Shown here in pieces: positions 58,874-64,000 of a DNA stretch of 64,000 nt (position 1 is the first letter of the stretch; each line of letters begins with the position of its first letter). Both the position numbers and the translations under genes were made by a program. This DNA is from Candidatus Spongiisociaceae bacterium (lineage in GTDB: Bacteria > Actinomycetota > Acidimicrobiia > Spongiisociales > Spongiisociaceae). The notes beneath the pieces are model-generated. The model did no database searches. It saw nothing but the letters and a program-made list of their open reading frames with translations, and was not told where the DNA came from. Location: assembly GCA_965219685.1 (NCBI GenBank), contig CBDCOH010000002.1:864001-928000 (forward strand). Reading direction: 5' to 3'.

Positions 58874-59560
58874 TCAAGCAGCCGGGGAGGGTCGTATTCC
58901 CCGCTCCCCCGCCAGGTTGAGGACCGCCTCCACCACGCTCCGGACGTCTTTGTCCGAGGTGTCGATCACGATCGCGTCGCCGGCGGCCATCATGGGCGAG
59001 GCTCGCCGCGTCGAGTCGAGGTGGTCCCGCCGGGCGAGATGCCGCTGAGCGGTCCTCACCGGGATGGCCTGCTGGCCTGCCCTCCTGAGAGCCCTCACCT
59101 CCGGGAGAGCCTTGAGGAAGACCTTCAACGGAGCATCCGGGAACACCACGGTTCCGATGTCCCGCCCCTCCACGACCGCCCGGTTTCCTCGGGAGACCAG
59201 CCACTCACGCTGCCGGCGGGCCAGGAGCAGCCGGACGCCGGGGAGTGTCGAGAGCCGGCTCACCTCGGCGGTCACCGCGCCGGTCCGGATGGCCTCGCTC
59301 ATGTCGATGCCCTCGACCAGCATCCTGCCGTCGTCGTACTCAAGGCCGGAGCCGGCGATCACCGGCATGACCGAGGCGTCGCTGGAGAGGTCCAGTTTGT
59401 GCAGCATGGCGACCAGGGTCGCGGCCCGGTAGTAGGCGCCGGTGTCCAGGTGAGCACAGTTCAACTCCTCGGCCACCGCCCGGGACACGGTGGTCTTGCC
59501 GACCCCTCCGGGTCCGTCCACCGCGATGACGAATTCGGCCGGAGTCGGGGTCCCGCTCAC
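58874..59560 (-). CDS. cmk: Cytidylate kinase
   Basis: DGPGGVGKTT, LDTGAYYR, EGRDIGTVVFP. Confidence 0.96.
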   Translation of the reverse strand: MSGTPTPAEFVIAVDGPGGVGKTTVSRAVAEELNCAHLDTGAYYRAATLVAMLHKLDLSSDASVMPVIAGSGLEYDDGRMLVEGIDMSEAIRTGAVTAEVSRLSTLPGVRLLLARRQREWLVSRGNRAVVEGRDIGTVVFPDAPLKVFLKALPEVRALRRAGQQAIPVRTAQRHLARRDHLDSTRRASPMMAAGDAIVIDTSDKDVRSVVEAVLNLAGERGIRPSPAA

Positions 59561-60810
59561 AGGGTCTCCAGCATGTCGAAGAAGCCCGGCCAGGTCTTGG
59601 CGACGCAGTCCGGGTCCTCTATGACCACGCCGGGCTGGACGAGGCCGGCCACCGCGAACGACATCGCCATGCGGTGGTCGTCGTAGGTTCGTATTCGCGC
59701 CGGTCGGAGGCCGCCCGGGGATATGGCGAGGTGATCATCCCCGGTCGTCACCCGGGCGCCCAGCCGGTTCAGTTCGTTCTCCAGGGCGGCGAGGCGGTCG
59801 GTCTCCTTGATCCGCAGGTTGGCGATGTTCGTGAAGAGGCTGGGAGTGCATGCGAAGGCCGCTACCACCGCCAGCCCGAGGGCGGCGTCCGGGCAGTTGT
59901 TCAGGTCGGCCTCGACGCCCCTCAGGCGGGGCGGCCCCTCCACGGTGATGCCCTCCGGAGCGGCCGCCACCCCGCAACCCATCTTCGCCAGCACCCCCAG
60001 GGCTGCCATGTCGGCCTGGGTGCTGCTGGGGTCTATGCCCGTCACGGTGATGGCGGCGCCGGTGATGGCCGCGGCGGCCCACGGGTAGACGGCCGCCGAG
60101 GCGTCCGCCTCCACGGCGAAGGTCGTGGACCGGTACCCGGTCGGCGGTACGGTGATGGACCCGTCGTCCTGCCACCGGGGCTCGGCCCCGAAAGCGGCCA
60201 TCACCTCGAGGGTGGTCTCCAGGTACGGTCGCGACACCACGTTGTCCCCGAGGTCCAGGGTGACCGTGCGCCCGGCCCGCGGGGAACTGAGCAGCACCGC
60301 CGAGACGAACTGGCTGGATCGCGATCCGTCGATCGGGATCCGTCCACCTGCCAGGCCGCCACCGGCGACCCGGACCGGGGGGAACTCCCCGCCGCGTTCC
60401 GCCTCGACCGTGGCGCCCAGAGCCCTGAGGGCTGCCACGAGGGGGCCGATGGGGCGTTCCCGCATGCGGGCGGTTCCGTCGATGACGCTAGGCCCGTCGG
60501 CCAGGGTCGCGACCGCGGTTATGAAACGGGCGGTGGTTCCCGAGGCCCGCGCATCGAGGTGGCCCCCACCCCTGGGCACGCCGTTCGAGTGGATCTCGAA
60601 GCTCCGCCCGCCGGTTTCGACGCCGATCCCCAAGCGCCGGAGACACCGGACCATGGCGTCGGTGTCGTCGCTGCGGAGGGGGTCGACGACAGTCGACCGG
60701 CCCTCGGACAGAGCCGCCGTGACCAGGGCCCGGTTGGTGATGCTCTTGGAACCCGGAGGTCGCACGGTCGTGTCCCGCACCTCCCGGGGCCGAACCTCGT
60801 ACCCGTTCAC
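59557..60810 (-). CDS. aroA: EPSP synthase
   Basis: PGSKSITNR, SGTTARF, SSQF, KETDR, DHRMAM. Confidence 0.96.
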   Translation of the reverse strand: MNGYEVRPREVRDTTVRPPGSKSITNRALVTAALSEGRSTVVDPLRSDDTDAMVRCLRRLGIGVETGGRSFEIHSNGVPRGGGHLDARASGTTARFITAVATLADGPSVIDGTARMRERPIGPLVAALRALGATVEAERGGEFPPVRVAGGGLAGGRIPIDGSRSSQFVSAVLLSSPRAGRTVTLDLGDNVVSRPYLETTLEVMAAFGAEPRWQDDGSITVPPTGYRSTTFAVEADASAAVYPWAAAAITGAAITVTGIDPSSTQADMAALGVLAKMGCGVAAAPEGITVEGPPRLRGVEADLNNCPDAALGLAVVAAFACTPSLFTNIANLRIKETDRLAALENELNRLGARVTTGDDHLAISPGGLRPARIRTYDDHRMAMSFAVAGLVQPGVVIEDPDCVAKTWPGFFDMLETL

Positions 60811-61574
60811 CCCGACATCTCCCTGTCCGCGCGATGGCGGGTCGCTCCCATCGCGTGCCTGTAGAAGGCTCTCACCTCGCCGACGTCGAGACAGCGCCAC
60901 TCGCCCGGCGCCAGAGCCCGGTCGCGCAACTGCCCGATCGACGTGCGATGGAGGCGCACGACGCGGAAGCCCAGTGCTTCCCACAGGCGCCGGATCTCCC
61001 GGTTGCGGCCTTCGCTCATCGACATCTCCAGATGGGAACGGTGCCCGTCCGATCCGACTTTGCGCACGGCGACCACCCGCGCCGGCCCGTCCTCCAAGTC
61101 GATCCCGCGGCGGATCCGGGCCAGGTGCCGAGCAGTGGTGGGGCCGTCCACCAGCACATCGTAGGTCTTGGCGATCCCGTACCGGGGGTGGGTGACGAGG
61201 TTGGCGAAGCCGCCGTCGTTGGTGAGGAGAAGCAGCCCGGTCGTGTCCGCGTCCAGCCGGCCCACCGGGAACACGCGGGGGCGGGAAGGCACCAGATCCA
61301 CGACGGTCGGCCTGCCCTCCGGGTCCCGCGTGGTGCTGATCACCCCTAGCGGCTTGTGAAGAAGGTAGTAGACCAGGTCCGGGTTCACGGGGAGCCTTAT
61401 CCCGTCGACCAGTACCTCGGCCGAGGTGGGATCCACCCGCTGCCCGGGGCGTGCGATCCGGCCGTCCACCGAGACCCGACCCTCGACGATCAGGCTGTCG
61501 GCGCCCCTGCGGGAGGTCAAGCCGCTCCGGGCGATGACCTTCTGGAGCCGTTCAGCGTTGGTCGGCGGGGTCAC
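60807..61574 (-). CDS. rluB: 23S rRNA pseudouridine synthase (RluB-like)
   Basis: S4 domain ERLQK...SRR; VGRLD; EGRNREIRR. Confidence 0.92.
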   Translation of the reverse strand: MTPPTNAERLQKVIARSGLTSRRGADSLIVEGRVSVDGRIARPGQRVDPTSAEVLVDGIRLPVNPDLVYYLLHKPLGVISTTRDPEGRPTVVDLVPSRPRVFPVGRLDADTTGLLLLTNDGGFANLVTHPRYGIAKTYDVLVDGPTTARHLARIRRGIDLEDGPARVVAVRKVGSDGHRSHLEMSMSEGRNREIRRLWEALGFRVVRLHRTSIGQLRDRALAPGEWRCLDVGEVRAFYRHAMGATRHRADREMSG

Positions 61575-62127
61575 CGGAGAAAGTGGATGGGCGGTCGAGT
61601 GACTCCGCCACGTCGGGCGGCGGCATGTGGTCAGCCAGTGGGGGCAACCCGGCCAGGGATCCGAGTCCGAGAGCCTCGAGGAACGCCGGGGTGGTGGAGT
61701 AGACGGCCGGGCTGCCGGGCGTGGGGAGCCGACCGGTCGCCTCCACCAGCCCGCGCCGGTTGAGCGTGCGCAGCGCGGAAGCGGAGTCCACGCCGCGCAG
61801 TTCGGAGATCTGGCCGAGTGTGACGGGCTGCCGGTAGGCGACCACGGCCAGCACTTCGAGGGCGGCGTTGGACAGGCGGGCCGCGGTTCCCGTCGTCGAG
61901 AACCTCTCCAGGTAGGGCAAGGCCTCAGCCTTGGTGTACAGGCGCCATCCTCCGGCCACGTAACGAAGCACCACTCCCCGATCCTCGTCCGCCAGCCGAT
62001 CGGCCCAAGCAGCCAGTTCGGCCTTCACCTCGGCCAGCGGCACTTCCAGTACCTGGGCCAGTTCACCCTCCGGGATCGGTTGCTCCGCAACGAAGAGGAT
62101 CGCTTCGAGGGCTGCCCTGGGATTCAT
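61552..62127 (-). CDS. scpB: SMC-Scp complex subunit ScpB
   Basis: LEAILFVA, LEVLAVVAYRQPVT, RGVDS. Confidence 0.95.
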   Translation of the reverse strand: MNPRAALEAILFVAEQPIPEGELAQVLEVPLAEVKAELAAWADRLADEDRGVVLRYVAGGWRLYTKAEALPYLERFSTTGTAARLSNAALEVLAVVAYRQPVTLGQISELRGVDSASALRTLNRRGLVEATGRLPTPGSPAVYSTTPAFLEALGLGSLAGLPPLADHMPPPDVAESLDRPSTFSGDPADQR

Positions 62128-62894
62128 GCGCCGTTCCCGTAGGCGACCGGCAACTCGGCGGGCGCGCCGCGGATGCGCCGCACCGAAATCTCGGACGGAT
62201 CGTTCTGGGCGACCGACACCACCCCCCAGCGGGCCAGTTCCAGCATCGCCAGGAAGTAGGCGGCCACCTCGACCCTCCGGGTGCAGTGGGCGACCAGGCG
62301 TTCGAAGGTCGATTCCAACTCCGCGACGATGCGAGTCCGGATCTCCTCGATGGCGTCGCCGACCGACGGCAGGTCCAGGTCGAGATGGTCCATCTCCACC
62401 TCGGGTTCGGGAAGGTCGGTGCCGGCCATTCCGTCGATCAGGGCGGCCAGGGTCTCGGGAGTGACGCCCGCCGGCAGGGCCGGAGTCCGGGGTCGTGGCA
62501 GCTGCCGGTCGATGCCCACCGAGCGGCCCACGTGGCGTCCGGCCTCCGTGAACCGGTGCCTCAGCACGGTTGCCACGTCCTGGAAGGTGAGCAGGGTCAA
62601 CAGCCTCGCGAGGAGCCGGTCCCGCTCGTCCAGCAGGGCGAGTTCCTCCTCCAGGTCGACCTCCTCCTCGTCGGGGAGCAGGAACCGGGCCTTGAGGTGG
62701 ATGAGGATGGCGGCCATCAGGACGAACCCGGATGTGGTGTCGAGGCCTGGGTCTCGCTCGTGGAGCGCCTGGAGGAAGTCGTCGACGATGCCGGTGATTC
62801 TCACCCTGGTGATGTCGACGTGGTTCCGGCCTACCAGTTGCAGCAGCAGGTCGAACGGACCGTTGAAGACATCGGTTCTCACTTCGTACGTCAC
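62124..62894 (-). CDS. scpA: SMC-Scp complex subunit ScpA
   Basis: FNGPFDLLL, KARFLLP, FLAMLEL. Confidence 0.94.
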   Translation of the reverse strand: MTYEVRTDVFNGPFDLLLQLVGRNHVDITRVRITGIVDDFLQALHERDPGLDTTSGFVLMAAILIHLKARFLLPDEEEVDLEEELALLDERDRLLARLLTLLTFQDVATVLRHRFTEAGRHVGRSVGIDRQLPRPRTPALPAGVTPETLAALIDGMAGTDLPEPEVEMDHLDLDLPSVGDAIEEIRTRIVAELESTFERLVAHCTRRVEVAAYFLAMLELARWGVVSVAQNDPSEISVRRIRGAPAELPVAYGNGA

Positions 62895-62990
62895 AGGCCA
62901 CTCACTGGTCGCTGGTACGGCACCGGAGACTCGCCTCACTCAATCGGGGTTATGCCATCGTAGGTGGAAACGTCCGTGACGGACGGTCTT

Positions 62991-63512
62991 TCAGGGACGG
63001 GCGGCGGCGCGGCGCGGCCACGGCGGTCCCGCCCGGTCGGCGGCCTGCAGGACAGCCCAGTCCTCCGGCGATATCCCGCCGGGTCGACCCCCGTGATGAT
63101 GGCGTGCATAGGCCACGACCAGGGGTTCGGCGCCCGCTCGGGCCAGTTCGGCGGCGCCGAGCCTGCCGTGGTCCAGGTAGGCGGTCGCCCTCGGCGTGGA
63201 ACGGTTCAACGCTCCGCACAGCACAGCCCACGACCGTCCGACAGCGCCGAGACCGCTGTGGCGCTTGCCGATGTCGTGGAACAGCGCAGCCCGGACCACG
63301 TCCCTCCGATCCCGGCAGGCCGCGAGCACGCGGCGCGCGGACGCCAGGGCGTGGCGCTGGTCGGCACGCGGCTGTGCCCAGAACAGGGCGCGCTCCTCCG
63401 GCGAGAGTAGGTACTGCGCCACCTCGGCCTGCTCGCTCGGCGACAGGCGGCGGGACGACACGACGTCCAGCAAGCGGGCCGCCAGGTGGAGCGGTCGGGC
63501 GACGGGCCCCAT
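62991..63512 (-). CDS. HD-domain phosphohydrolase
   Basis: DQRH...LFHDIGK...H...HHH...AAD. Confidence 0.75.
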   Translation of the reverse strand: MGPVARPLHLAARLLDVVSSRRLSPSEQAEVAQYLLSPEERALFWAQPRADQRHALASARRVLAACRDRRDVVRAALFHDIGKRHSGLGAVGRSWAVLCGALNRSTPRATAYLDHGRLGAAELARAGAEPLVVAYARHHHGGRPGGISPEDWAVLQAADRAGPPWPRRAAARP

Positions 63513-63564
63513 CAGGAGTTGCGTGGATCCGGTCGGCTCACCGGGACCCTGCCGGGACGGTGGC

Positions 63565-63906
63565 TTAACGCGCGGACTTGCAGCGGACGCAGCGGCGGGA
63601 GATGGGCCGCGCCTCCATCCGCTCGGGCGGGATACGGGTTCCGCATGAGGAGCAGACGCCGTAGGTCCCGTCCTCGATCCGGGCCAGGCAGGCGTCGACC
63701 TGGTCGAGACGGGTCTTCAACGAGTCCACGATCCCCAGCACCTCGGTCCGCTCGGCGGTGGTGGCCGCCGCGTCGGCGAACCCCTCACCGAAGTCCAAGT
63801 CGCGGCGGAGGTCACCCGACTCGTCCGCGCCGAGTTGCGACAACTGGTGCACCAGCCGATCCCGCTCCTCCAGCAGTATCTCCCGGGCTGCCGAATGGTC
63901 GACCAT
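63565..63906 (-). CDS. DksA/TraR C4 zinc-finger protein
   Basis: Coiled coil followed by GTYGVCSSCG...RMEARP...CVRC. Confidence 0.9.
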   Translation of the reverse strand: MVDHSAAREILLEERDRLVHQLSQLGADESGDLRRDLDFGEGFADAAATTAERTEVLGIVDSLKTRLDQVDACLARIEDGTYGVCSSCGTRIPPERMEARPISRRCVRCKSAR

Positions 63907-63939
63907 TTCGAACCCTCTCGATGGTTGAAGGTCTGTGCT

Positions 63940-64000
63940 CTATCGCAAGGCTCTTGGATGGGTCTCCACGTAAACCTCGTGGAGGTGCTGGAGCGACATG
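63940..64000 (-). CDS. xerD: C-terminus of tyrosine recombinase XerD (partial)
   Basis: MSLQHLHEVYVETHPRALR-stop; xerD-scpA-scpB synteny. Confidence 0.7.
   Translation of the reverse strand, partial: MSLQHLHEVYVETHPRALR

Overview
High-GC actinobacterial chromosome segment. Gene content and order (thrS...pgsA-patA-pimA...pdxS-pdxT-yebC; pgsA2-FHA-MerR...DUF151-MerR; xerD-scpAB-rluB-aroA-cmk-der-tRNA-Pro; mshD) suggest Acidimicrobiia or a related lineage. Ig-like/Calx-like and FN3 proteins hint at a host-associated, possibly sponge, lifestyle (inference). Bases 1-16.7 kb are an accessory zone: a DUF3800 gene with a putative small RNA behind it, a NucS-like nuclease, an ABC-2 exporter whose 3' end is duplicated around an island of hicAB and ISL3 remnants, many decayed toxin/ATPase fragments, and a DEAD-box helicase. 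Next come an hpnCDE + polyprenyl synthase squalene operon without an adjacent shc, core metabolic genes, an opp peptide ABC operon and tRNA-Pro(GGG). The two most notable non-coding signals are (i) the promoter-hairpin-terminator small RNA next to DUF3800 and (ii) a dispersed family of intergenic elements built from 7-nt tandem arrays plus a conserved ~87-bp GGAGGATGGT...CTA-phased core. That family has 3 full copies and 1 partial copy, and two copies sit beside toxin-antitoxin genes. All product calls come from motif recognition and synteny by eye; no database search was run.
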